From: Zygophlyctis sp. KS116
Lineage: Eukaryota > Fungi > Chytridiomycota
Direction of reading: 5' to 3'
DNA length: 32,000 nucleotides
NCBI GenBank assembly: GCA_054661495.1
Contig: BAAFSQ010000064.1
Span: 13,756-45,755 of the forward strand
The position numbers and the translations under genes are program-made. Below the pieces are notes generated by a model, which saw only the letters and a list, made by a program, of their open reading frames with translations, searched no databases and was not told the origin of the DNA. Shown here piece by piece: positions 1 through 10,269 of the stretch. How positions within the stretch are numbered: position 1 is the stretch's first letter; the number at the start of each line of letters is the position of its first letter.

Positions 1-1236
1 GGACACATTTACAATCAAGGAGCCGTTGGGTGTAGTTGGCGGTATGTGAATGAACCAAGTTTTCTTTTCATGTTTGCTAATTATTAGGAGTGATGCCCTT
101 TAATTTTCCTGCAATGATTCCACTTTGGGTTTTCCCTTTGGCGATTGCATGTGGTAATACTGTTGTATTAAAGCCTTCTGAAAAAGATCCTGGAGCGTGT
201 ATGATTCTAGCTAAATTAGCAAAAGAGGCAGGAGTTCCAAATGGGGTTCTGAATATTGTTCATGGTGGTGTAGATACAGTAAATTTTATTTGTGATGCTC
301 CAGCAATCAAGGCAATTTCTTTTGTTGGTATTATTAAGAATTTTAACTGGATTTTTAGGATCGGATATTGCAGGAAAGCATATTTTCTCAAGAGGATCCA
401 TGAATGGAAAGCGTGTACAAGCAAACTTGGGCGCAAAAAACCATGGTGTAATAATGCCAGATGCAAATAAGAATCATACGCTGAATCAATTAGTTGGTGC
501 AGCTTTTGGTGCCGCTGGTCAAAGAGTATCAAATTTAAACTAAAAACTAGTGTATGGCTCTTTCAACTGTAATATTTGTTGGAGAATCAAAAGCATGGAT
601 TCCAGAACTTGTATCTAGAGCTTCAAAACTTAAAGTGTCTAGTGGATTTGAGCCAGATGCCGATTTAGGACCACTTATAACACCACAAGCAAAATCCAGA
701 TGTGAATCTTTAATTCAGTCTGGAATTGATCAAGGTGCGGACTGTGTATTAGATGGACGTGGTTTAGTTGTCAAAGGCATAATTTGGAATTTAATTAATA
801 ATTAGGATATGAAGAGGGTAATTTTGTTGGACCAACAATTCTATCCAATGTTAAATCTTGGATGACATGCTACAAGGAAGAAATATTTGGACCAGTCCTA
901 ATCTGCTTGCAAGTGGATACTATCGAAGAAGCTCTGGAAATTATAAATGGCAATCCTTATGGAAACGGAACTGCAATTTTTACAAATTCTGGCGCAACTG
1001 CTCGTAAATTTACAAAGGAAGTTGATGTTGGACAGGTTGGAGTCAACGTTCCAATTCCAGTACCACTTCCAATGTTTTCTTTTACTGGATCAAGAGGCTC
1101 AATAGCAGGAGACTTGAATTTTTATGGAAAAAGTGGAATTTCATTTTATACCAGTTTGAAAACTGTAACTTCACATTGGAGATCTGCTGATGTTTTATCT
1201 TCAAAGGCTGCAGTTAACATGCCTACTTCTTCGTAG
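1..1236 (+). CDS. ALDH6A1: Methylmalonate-semialdehyde dehydrogenase (acylating), 5' part outside the window
   Basis: Motifs [48 protein letters not shown] and EEIFGP. Introns 42-87, 328-358, 526-550 and 777-805 (GC-AG) join the ORF-track pieces into one frame. Stop TAG at 1234-1236. Confidence 0.96.
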
Positions 1237-1356
1237 GCTTTTTGATATGTACAAAAAGAGATACTTTTTCAGCCTCTAAATTTGAGTCACGGATTGGAAT
1301 CTGTAAAGAGTTAACTCCGATAATTACCTTTGCGTCATCTTTGACTTGATCCATTG

Positions 1357-3541
1357 ATGTTGGTAAACTCTCCAGACACAACCGCACTGTTCTTCAACAC
1401 CAGCTTCGCAGAGCTTAGCCAACCAGAGTCCGATAATCAACTTGGCAACTGTAAAAGTCTTGAAAATCCTGCTGAATTTCAGGAGTGTTGGGCTAAAGAA
1501 TGGATATCGACTCCAATTCCTATAGAGAGAATTAATGCACAGGTTCTAGATGCCATATGTACTTTCCTGGTCTAATCTGATAGTATCTAACCAATGCACC
1601 AAAAATACATTAAGCGCATATAATGCAAGACTCATTTCTCAATGTTTGTCTGATAAAAAATATGATTTAAGTGTTATCAGTCAATTATTGGAGTTGGGTG
1701 AATTCGCGATTGACAATGGACACGAATACACTGGTCTAATAGATCATCTTATCCAGGAGCTACTAAATGATGGAAGTGATTTTTTAGACTCTTTAAGGTG
1801 TCTGAAAGCACTATCGATGAAGCCGGATTTGAAAGCTATGATTAAAAAGCATTCTAGAATTAACAAATTGTACAAGAAATTGACAAATATGTTAAAGCAT
1901 GATGTAAAACTTTAAAAATAATATTTTAGGATGATAATGCGGTTAGATATGCATTGTATTTACTGATTGCGTTTCTTTCAGAAACTTCTTTGGGCAAAAA
2001 GGTAAATAGTGAGTCTTAATTTTAGCTATTTAATGAATCAAGTATTATGGAAGCATTTGCATTATTGTTCTCTACTCCGACATTACATACAGAGTCTGCT
2101 CAAAAGGATCCAATCTTTAAGGATTTGCTTGGATTAATGTTGGATAACCGTGATTACTCTCTCATATTTGAAAAGTACACTTTTAAAGATAATACTAGAT
2201 TTGCCGCAGAAAATTGGAAAAATGAACTTAAATGGTGCGCATCAAAATCATTAGATGTAGTTTAATATGTTCTAAAGAATTTTAGGCAGTAATTGCAAGC
2301 GCAGAACTGTTAAAGAGAAATCTATTGAAAGATCTTGTAACGAAAAGTATTGAAATGTATGAATTCTATGATATGGCTATATTTTATCTTGTGAAAAACT
2401 ATTCGGATGATTCTTTAGAATTTATTAATATTTTCTTGGAGGTATCTCTGCTACTCTAAATTTTGAGAGATGTACTGGCGATACGTGGTGTTCAAATTAC
2501 TTAAATCTTGTTTTCTCAATTACGAAGCAATTTAGAATTTCTGATCCTTTTTTAAACCTCTATTTACATTTAAATCAAGGCCTTTTACCACCAAAAAAAG
2601 ATTTTAGTCTTCAACTGGCTGCAAAGAAGAACTTTCCGAATGAAATCAAGGAAAATGGACCAATTCCTCCTTGTTTTACGTGTATTTTCGAGGAACTACA
2701 ATGTTTAAAAGATACTAATGTAATTCACGATTGATAATTAAAAAGTTGGAGATATTTGTAAGAATTCAAGAAAAGCTCAATTCAAATTCAAAAGATTCAG
2801 TATTGACGGCATTGATCGAAATACAGAGCACAGATAAATTTAATTTAGAAAGGTTAGTTAACTATCATTAATTTTAAGTCTGGCAGAATATTTTATAAAT
2901 ATGGATAGCTCGACTATTCATGATTCATCACTTGATAAGAAAATCGATGAGCTTGATAAACAGTTGATGAATGCTATAGAAGAGTCAAAAAAATACTTGG
3001 TCATAAAAGATGAATTGATGAATGCTAAAATGGAAATTCTGAAACAGAAGACTCGAGTAAGATTATTTGTATTTATATTTAGGCAACTGAAGTTGAAAAC
3101 AAGGTGCGATTTGTAATCAACTTAATTTCTAGAATATGCTTGACAAATATGATTTAGATATTAGGAACTTAAACGCTGAAAACACGAAACTAGCTGACAG
3201 CTTGCGCAGCTTATCAGTTGAATATGAAAAGATGAAAAGCTCTTTTGCGTCTAAAGACAAAACTGTGAGATGTTTGTTATATTAAATTGTAGATTGAAGC
3301 TCTTAGTAAGCAAAATGACGAAAAGGCACAAATAGTGAAGGAATTGCAGGACAAAATCTTGGAATTGGAAGAATCAATTGGCGAACAAGAAGAAGAGCAT
3401 CAAGAAATGGTTGCTAAGTTAGCTCAGAGCCTAGGTTCTTTGGCAAATCGCAAGACACGGTTTACATCAAAGAAAACAAATCCAGTACCTCAGGAAACTG
3501 TTGAATCTCTCGGAAAAAATTTAGAATCAACTCGCATATAA
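1357..3541 (+). CDS. Armadillo-like N-terminus plus C-terminal coiled-coil protein, CIP2A (KIAA1524)-like
   Basis: Ten introns (1559-1583, 1904-1929, 2002-2025, 2257-2285, 2442-2467, 2720-2745, 2853-2878, 3057-3082, 3104-3132, 3265-3292) give one open frame. The spliced segment LYKKLTNMLKHDDDNAVRYALYLLIAFLSETSLGKKLFNESSIMEAFALLF resembles CIP2A [51 protein letters not shown] (recalled). The C-terminus is E/K/L-rich with heptads. Start codon uncertain. Confidence 0.62.
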
Positions 3542-3543
3542 TA

Positions 3544-4749
3544 TTATTCGAATGCTGTTAAATTTTTTCTGCATATAAATCGTTCTGGAAAAGCTCCTGA
3601 ATAGCTTCCAGTCAATTTTGTTATTTCCGGGATCCCTTGTTTAAGCCAACAGATTGGTGATATATGTGTGAATGCAGAGCATTTTTCATCTCCACGACAT
3701 AAATTATAGCATTGCTGAGGTGAATGAACGTTATACATGGTCAAGTAGTCCTGACCTTTTCTGTCCGAATCAATTTCAATCTCTCCCATTTTATCGACCT
3801 CTTCACTATTCTTTGCATAGTATTGAAAAATCTGTTCCATAGTAACATTATTACCATCTAATGCATGCATCTCCTTGAAATGAAATGGTAACATATGATG
3901 AAAAGTGAATGGCTGAAAACAAGGCGAACCAGTATTGTGCAAACTTGGTGGAAATGCATTAAATCCATAATGATGTGTTAAATTTATACCAACATCTCTA
4001 AAACAAAGAGCCGTTCGCACATCACCAAAAATACAATCCCGATATTCATGATTGCAAACTTCAATCGTAGGCTCCATCTTTTTTAGAGCGGCTTTACTAA
4101 TAATAATTCCAGCACCACCTATCATCTCAAAATACTGTATCATACCTTGAGCAAATGAAGGAGATTTAACGTCTTCACGCACATCGCAACCACTAAAAGT
4201 ATACGGCACTCCAATATAATGACTTTCTGAAGAATTTAATGTACTTAAATAGCTTTTAAGATTTTGTTTGAATACATAAGTATCGTCATCTATAAGTAAA
4301 TACCATTCTGCATTCGGATAATGTTTGATTAAATATTTTAGAGCTGGTAAATTCTTATGTGCATCCATAATCCATCCTTGACTACTTTTATCTGGAATAA
4401 TTTCTGTCTCAGGATTTTTAGGTGGATCTTTTGAAGGCAATTTTCGAACTTCGTCCATATTCTTTGCATAACTAGCTTCCTTGATAATATTAATCATTTT
4501 AAGTTTTCCAAGCTCTGCATCCTCATCTCCAAAAATTACCAGATTTCTGACATCTGATAGAAATGTCGCCATCTGTACTGGAACACGTTTCATGAGAGTG
4601 TTCTTGCCAGTCTTGAGTCCAATTGCCCAATCGTCCCATTCCGCATTATATCGCCTATTTGAAGAATACCAATAAACTGCATTAAAATAGTTGAAGAGTA
4701 TTATAGCAAATGGACATAACAGAATGAATCTTCTCGTTGTTTTGCGCAT
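3544..4749 (-). CDS. GT31 (Fringe/C1GalT-like) glycosyltransferase with N-terminal membrane anchor and C-terminal PAN/Apple domain
   Basis: Type II anchor (RRFILLCPFAIILF), AEWYLLIDDDTY DxD motif, GDV..ALC and TFHH. Removing the in-frame 27-nt intron 4119-4145 restores FAQGGAGIIIS. The C-terminal DRKGQD..SPQQCYNLCRGDEKCSAFT..CWLK fits the PAN_4 pattern. Confidence 0.88.
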   Translation of the reverse strand: MRKTTRRFILLCPFAIILFNYFNAVYWYSSNRRYNAEWDDWAIGLKTGKNTLMKRVPVQMATFLSDVRNLVIFGDEDAELGKLKMINIIKEASYAKNMDEVRKLPSKDPPKNPETEIIPDKSSQGWIMDAHKNLPALKYLIKHYPNAEWYLLIDDDTYVFKQNLKSYLSTLNSSESHYIGVPYTFSGCDVREDVKSPSFAQGMIQYFEMIGGAGIIISKAALKKMEPTIEVCNHEYRDCIFGDVRTALCFRDVGINLTHHYGFNAFPPSLHNTGSPCFQPFTFHHMLPFHFKEMHALDGNNVTMEQIFQYYAKNSEEVDKMGEIEIDSDRKGQDYLTMYNVHSPQQCYNLCRGDEKCSAFTHISPICWLKQGIPEITKLTGSYSGAFPERFICRKNLTAFE

Positions 4750-4793
4750 TGAAAATGTCCGAAAATATTCAAAAGTTTATTCGTTGGCAATTC

Positions 4794-4850
4794 ACATCTG
4801 ATACATCATCTGATACATCTGCTACATTCAATACATTTGATAAATCAGAA
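4794..4850. repeat. Degenerate 9-bp tandem repeat (consensus ACATCTGAT, ~6 copies) in the divergent GT31/HAS1 intergenic region
   Basis: ACATCTGAT ACATC ATCTGAT ACATCTGCT ACATTCAAT ACATTTGAT AAATCAGAA, read directly. Confidence 0.7.
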
Positions 4851-4930
4851 AAATCTATTAATAATGAAATTTAGAATAATTTCATAATAGCAGATCAAAG
4901 AGGCAAGGTGGAGCAGCAAAACTGCAAAAG

Positions 4931-4939
4931 TGAAATTTT
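4931..4939. promoter_or_regulatory. RRPE-like element (TGAAATTTT) upstream of HAS1
   Basis: Resembles fungal RRPE (TGAAAAWTTTT) and lies ~20-30 bp upstream of a ribosome-biogenesis gene. The match is imperfect and the background is AT-rich. Confidence 0.3.
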
Positions 4940-4960
4940 GAAACAAAAAAAAACAAAAAA

Positions 4961-6725
4961 ATGCCAGACTCTAGTGTTTTGTCTCATTTGGCAAACAGTG
5001 CATCCGATCCAGCAGAACATACTGAATTTGGATCATTAGGATTATCACAGCCTACATTGAATGCATTAGTTCAAGGCATGGGATTCTCTAAAATGACTGA
5101 GATTCAAGCAAAATCAATTGCACCGGCCATGACCGGAAGAGACATTTTAGGAGCTGCTAAAACAGGATCTGGAAAGACTCTAGCATTCTTGATCCCTGCG
5201 ATTGAGTTGTTGCATAAACTCAGCTTTAAGCCTAGAAATGGAACTGGTGTAATTGTAATTTCTCCAACTAGAGAACTTGCTCTTCAAATCTTTGGAGTTG
5301 CAAAGGAATTGTTTGAAAAACATTCGCAAACTTTTGGGATTGTAATGGGTGGCGCTAATCGAAAAGCAGAGGCAGAAAAGTTGGCAAAAGGTGTAAACTT
5401 TCTTGTTGCTACGCCTGGTCGGTTATTAGATCATTTACAGAATACAAAGGGATTTATGGTTAAAAACTTGAAAATGCTCATTATTGATGAAGCTGATCGT
5501 ATACTGGAAGTTGGATTTGAGGAAGAAATGCACAAGATTATCAGTCTTTTACCAAATGGTAAGTATTTTTTCTTTTTTTTAGACACCGCATGTGGAATTA
5601 ATTTAGGGATGATTAAATCATTTCTTTATTTTATGTGCAAGATTGAAATTGCGTTTTGTTTGAGGCTAGATTACTGTATGTAATCATAGTTATAGATCGA
5701 CGCAGAAATTTTTATTTTTTTTATTCTAATACTTTAGAAAGACAAACAATGCTTTTTTCTGCAACTCAGACTACTAAAGTGGAAGATTTGGCCAGAGTAT
5801 CATTGAAAAAGGCTCCATTGTATGTCAATGTTGATGAAAATAAAGATGCTGCGACTGCGGATGGTTTAGAGCAGGTATAAGGTCTCATAGTTAAAAACTA
5901 GGGTTATGTAGTGTGTCCGACTGAACAAAGGTTCCTGCTCTTATTCACCTTTCTAAAGAAGAATCTAAAAAAAAAGATCATTGTGTTTCTTTCATCATGC
6001 AATTCAGTTAAATTTCATGCAGAACTGTTAAATTACATTGATATTCCGGTTTTAGACTTACATGTATGATTAAAAGAAACTTAAAATAGGGGAAACAGAA
6101 GCAACAGAAAAGAACAACTACATTTTTTGAATTTGTCAATGCTGAAACTGGAATACTTTTATGTACAGATGTTGCAGCTCGTGGATTGGATATTCCTAGT
6201 GTAGATTGGATTATTCAATTTGATCCTCCTGATGATCCAAAAGAGTATATACATAGAGTTGGAAGAACTGCGCGCGCTGGGGGTAGAGGAAAAGCTTTAC
6301 TTTTCTTACTTCCTAGTGAGCTTGGATTTTTGCGTTTCTTGAAGCTAGCTAAAATTCCTCTGAATGAGTATCAGTTTCCTCCCTCTAAAATTGCAAATGT
6401 TCAATCTCAGTTAGAAAGGCTAATTGAAAAAAACTATTATTTAAACAAGTCTGCCAGGGATGGCTATAGATCATACATTCAAGCATATGCCTCTCACTCT
6501 CTTAAAAAAATATTTGATGTCAATGAATTAGATTTGCAAAAAGTTGCTAGAGCGTATGGTTTTACAGTGCCCCCTTCTGTAAACTTGCTGATTGGTGCCT
6601 CTGGTAGATCTGACCGGAAAAAGAGATCCTTAGAAGGAGCTAATGGATATGGAAACAATAGAAAGGAGCATATATTGAAAACTAGAGAAAGAAAGACAGA
6701 TGATTCACGTCAATGGTCAAGATAA
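4961..6725 (+). CDS. HAS1: ATP-dependent DEAD-box RNA helicase HAS1 (DDX18)
   Basis: Motifs [47 protein letters not shown] and [10 protein letters not shown], plus the HAS1 C-terminal [16 protein letters not shown]. Introns 5559-5737, 5875-5901 and 6064-6089. Confidence 0.97.
5586..5711 (+). ncRNA. Intronic box H/ACA snoRNA candidate (functional equivalent of snR33/SNORA9)
   Basis: Two hairpins at 5588-5638 and 5650-5704, a hinge with an H-like box AGATTG (5640-5645), and an AAA variant of the ACA box (5706-5708) followed by 3 nt. Both pockets sit exactly 14 nt upstream of their boxes. The 3' pocket is complementary to LSU rRNA CUAU-U-C-UCAAAC. Confidence 0.8.
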
Positions 6726-6762
6726 ATCATAAAACGTTTTAATAAAAAATCTTGAGATAATT

Positions 6763-7848
6763 TTACTCTGTATTTTCTACAGCTTCTTCGTTAAGCTTTG
6801 TAGGAGGCTCAACATGCTGCTGAGCTCCAAAGTAAATCTGCCCAGCAATCATTACAACCACTGCCAACCCAATCCATGCCCAGTATGCCACTTTAACACC
6901 AATCAATTTCTCCCCAGAAATTTCTCCATATTCCGTAATCCCCAAGAAAATATTAATTATTGCTAATAAGACTAATGACCTTCCAAAATACCAATGGACT
7001 TTATCCCACCAAGGAATAGAAGTTCTTGTAGGACTCCATAACCAATTTGAAATATTACCCAGCGCAATCTGAATAAACATGAATATAAAAATAACCAGTC
7101 CTAATTTCTGATGATTGCCCTCAAAGTGATCATCATCTTCAATATTTGAAACAATTAGTATAAATGAAATCAAGGAAAGTAATCCTGTGAATACCAAAAA
7201 CATTCCAACATGAACTCTGAACCACCAGACACCCATCATATTTTTCAAATACCTAGCAACAAAGATCCCAATAAATGGAGCAACCGCCCAAGCTATAAAG
7301 AATAAAACACCATGAGCAATCAATATTGAATCAAAATTATCAACTTCTTCACTACTTTCTCCAGAGCCAAGGAAATTAATTGGGCCTAAATTTCCTTTTC
7401 CAGTTCCATGAAAGGGAAAATCAGAATTTAAATCATTTGCATTTGATGGCCCATCATTTGAATGCGCAAAAACAATTTTCGAGTTTGCAGTAATTGTATT
7501 ATCACTAACGATCGGACGTCGAACCTTGAATGCGAGTTTAACCCAAGAGTCAGTATTGTTTGTCACTTTTGATGAATTAAAGTTTGAAACTGAATTTATG
7601 GAAGGAGTGACATATGTTTTTGCACTTCTTCTGGAAACTACCGGATTTCCCAATGAATTGATCCATCCAACTATACATCAGAAACAAGCGGAATTACCAT
7701 AGATATCAGAATCAATCATGCTAGATCCGATCCCAAAGGAAGCCCAACCAGATTTAGATGATAAAACTGTAAATTCTACAAACTTTCCATCGACAGTAGA
7801 TTGCAGACAAAAGTTATCAGTCCCAAAACAAGCCTGATTGAAAGACAT
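6763..7848 (-). CDS. DOMON domain plus cytochrome b561 / ferric-reductase-like membrane protein
   Basis: DOMON motifs GWASFGIGSSMIDSDIYVGW (heme Met) and FPFHG. Cytochrome b561 histidines in AHGVLF, WFRVH, HQKLGL and VHWYFGR. Intron 7671-7697; ATG at 7848. Confidence 0.9.
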
Positions 7849-7915
7849 TTTAAATGGATTTTGATGAGGTTCTTGATGACGTCGGCAGTTAACCCCCCGC
7901 CCTACAGTATTCAAG

Positions 7916-8770
7916 ATGCACAAGAGACTAATGCATGCATCCAGACTACTATTCAGTAGATATGGTAGAATCAGACAATTAAACAGGAATCCGCTTGCAT
8001 CGGAAGCATCGGACTTGTTGGATTCATTGGCGGTAAATCAGAAAACTCAAAAATTGGAACAATGCATGCAAAGCCAAGCTGATTTGGCTAATGATCAGAA
8101 ATCACCTTTAAAGATGGCAGTAGAAGATGCTGATATGATGCAAAAGATTTTGAATGTTCATGGGGCAAGACAAGAGAATCAAGTCGAAGAAAAAGTTTCA
8201 GAGTCTGATTGGTACTTGGATGCTGCCCATAACATTCCTGAAGAGTGGAAGGATTTTGTTCCTAAATGGCAGAAATCAATGAGAAAACTTCCACAAGAAA
8301 AAGTATTGGAAGATGATCCGATACTTACTTTGGCTGCATTGATTGACACAATTAAAAAGGAAAATGGGGTTGGTTCTATTGCTATTAACATGGCTAAAAA
8401 ATGTGATTATACAGATGCATTGATTTTTACTCAGGGAAATAATGGTAGACATGTGGCTGCTATTGCAGAGGCTGTTAAAAAATTGGTATTTTTCCAAACT
8501 TTTAAGATTTAATAGGCTAAATCAAAAATATCTACAGACTCTTCTCTTCCAAATCAAATATACTCGTCTGATGCTAAAGGTCAAGATTGGATAATTGTGG
8601 ATATGGGCAAATTTATAGTGCATGTTTTTACTGCAGAAGTAAGAGAATATTATGATTTAGAGGGATTATGGACATTTGTGGTTGATCCTTCAAAGGACGC
8701 GCAAATAAAGAATGATTTAACTGCAAGTAACTTGTTAAAAGTCGGACAAGAGGAAAAAACAAATCAATAA
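7916..8770 (+). CDS. Mitochondrial RsfS/Iojap-family protein (MALSU1/ATP25 N-terminal-like)
   Basis: Arg-rich mitochondrial-type presequence. After intron 8486-8515 comes the RsfS signature DWIIVDMGKFIVHVFTAEVREYYDLEGLW. Stop TAA at 8768-8770. Confidence 0.9.
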
Positions 8771-8873
8771 TCATAATACTCTAGGCTTTTGAATTTAGAT
8801 TTATTGATTAAAAATACATAAATTAGATTATTCCGATTATTTTCCTTTGTTAAAAAGTATTTAAACTGCGATA

Positions 8874-10234
8874 ATGGGCGTAACGTCAAAGTTTCTATTA
8901 TGTAACTCTGAAACTAGAATACGATCTAAAGATATGTTTATGGTATTTTAGATTATCTGATTATAGCTAATGGCTCTATGGATGGAAAAGATGGTATTTT
9001 ATCTGCTTTTAATAATACAAGCCAGTAGATCCATGTCCGATTTTCCCAAATCTTCCAGGAGCTGCTCGGCCAACTGGATGCGTAGTATTATACTTTATAT
9101 GTAATAGTAGTTGGTGGATTCTAAAGATAATATTGTGGCCATGGATAGAACAGGCGAAAGTCATGCGATTGTCCGAACTATTTTAAGCTCAACTAAAGAT
9201 CCAAAAGGATTTGATATGTACTTTTTTTTGTAAATTGAATTAGATAGTTATGTATCTCGATTTCCTTGTGCTTTATGTGCCAAGTTAATGGTCCAAGCGG
9301 GAATTAGAAAAATGTAATTCCAATGATTAATTATTCCAGTTATTATTTTCCTGCGAGGGAAGAAGAAGTAAAGTATAATTTATTCAATCAGAAAAGTCCT
9401 TCTAAAACCGAGAATGATAAGCAAGAGCGAAATTATCAATCAGTAATGCGCCTGATTCAGAATAATTCAATTGCATTATCTTTATATGTGCCTCAGTGGA
9501 TTCATCCGCAGATTTCGCCTGAAGAAGAGGAAGAGTTGGCACAATTATACTCTGTCCCAGATTCTTGGGGTTGGTTTTTAGATGAAACTGTAGGCGATTG
9601 TCCCAATGTGATTGGAAGATGGGATGGAATTACTAAAAAGTTTAAGAAAACAGTCCTAGCCATCTATATTTTACATCAAAAATATCAGGGACGAGTTATA
9701 TCATATCAAAATGGTCAAGAAAGGACAAATTACAACACTCCAGATATATTTCGCCATGCTAGTACTATTTTAATATTTATTAATTTTATAGTTGTTTTAG
9801 CTCAACTAGCTGCTAAAAGAACAGATGATCCCAAAGTTGGTGTGGGTGCTGTTTTGATAGATGATACGCTTAAATATGTGTCTGTTGGCTGGAATGGGTA
9901 TCCTAAAAAAGCACACCATTTAGACTATCCCCAGGCGGGAGCAGACGATTCAGTAGCAGACTCTGAGCTTAAGTATGATTATATGTTGCATGCAGAACAA
10001 AACACGTTACTGTGGAGAAATCCTATTGGATGCAGAATCAATGCTGATTATATTTTAGTTTCAACTAAAATGCCTTGTGATGAATGCTCCCCAGTGATTT
10101 ACGATTGCGGAATTAAATCTATCGTCACTGTACCTCAGATGCCTAAAGCACTCGATGATCCAGCAAGATTAAGAGGACTTACATACGAAAAAATTTCAAA
10201 GTTAATAACCAATCTGCATATTTTTTCACTGTAA
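8874..10234 (+). CDS. CDADC1: Cytidine and dCMP deaminase domain-containing protein 1 (tandem deaminase domains)
   Basis: Spliced N-terminus RIRSKDMFMLMALWME. First domain has HAI..YVSRFPCALCAKLMVQAGI (no catalytic Glu); second has RTDDPKVGVGAV, HAEQN and TKMPCDEC. Introns 8943-8966, 8994-9021, 9085-9110, 9218-9247, 9314-9339 and 9762-9791. Confidence 0.87.
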
Positions 10235-10269
10235 ATGTATAGATTTAAAAAATAAATATTACAAAAACT

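Noticed and set aside
5608-5700. Box C/D snoRNA in the HAS1 intron (GATGATT resembles box C)
   Set aside because: There is no CTGA box D in the intron, and the motif lies within a hairpin stem. The H/ACA model fits better.
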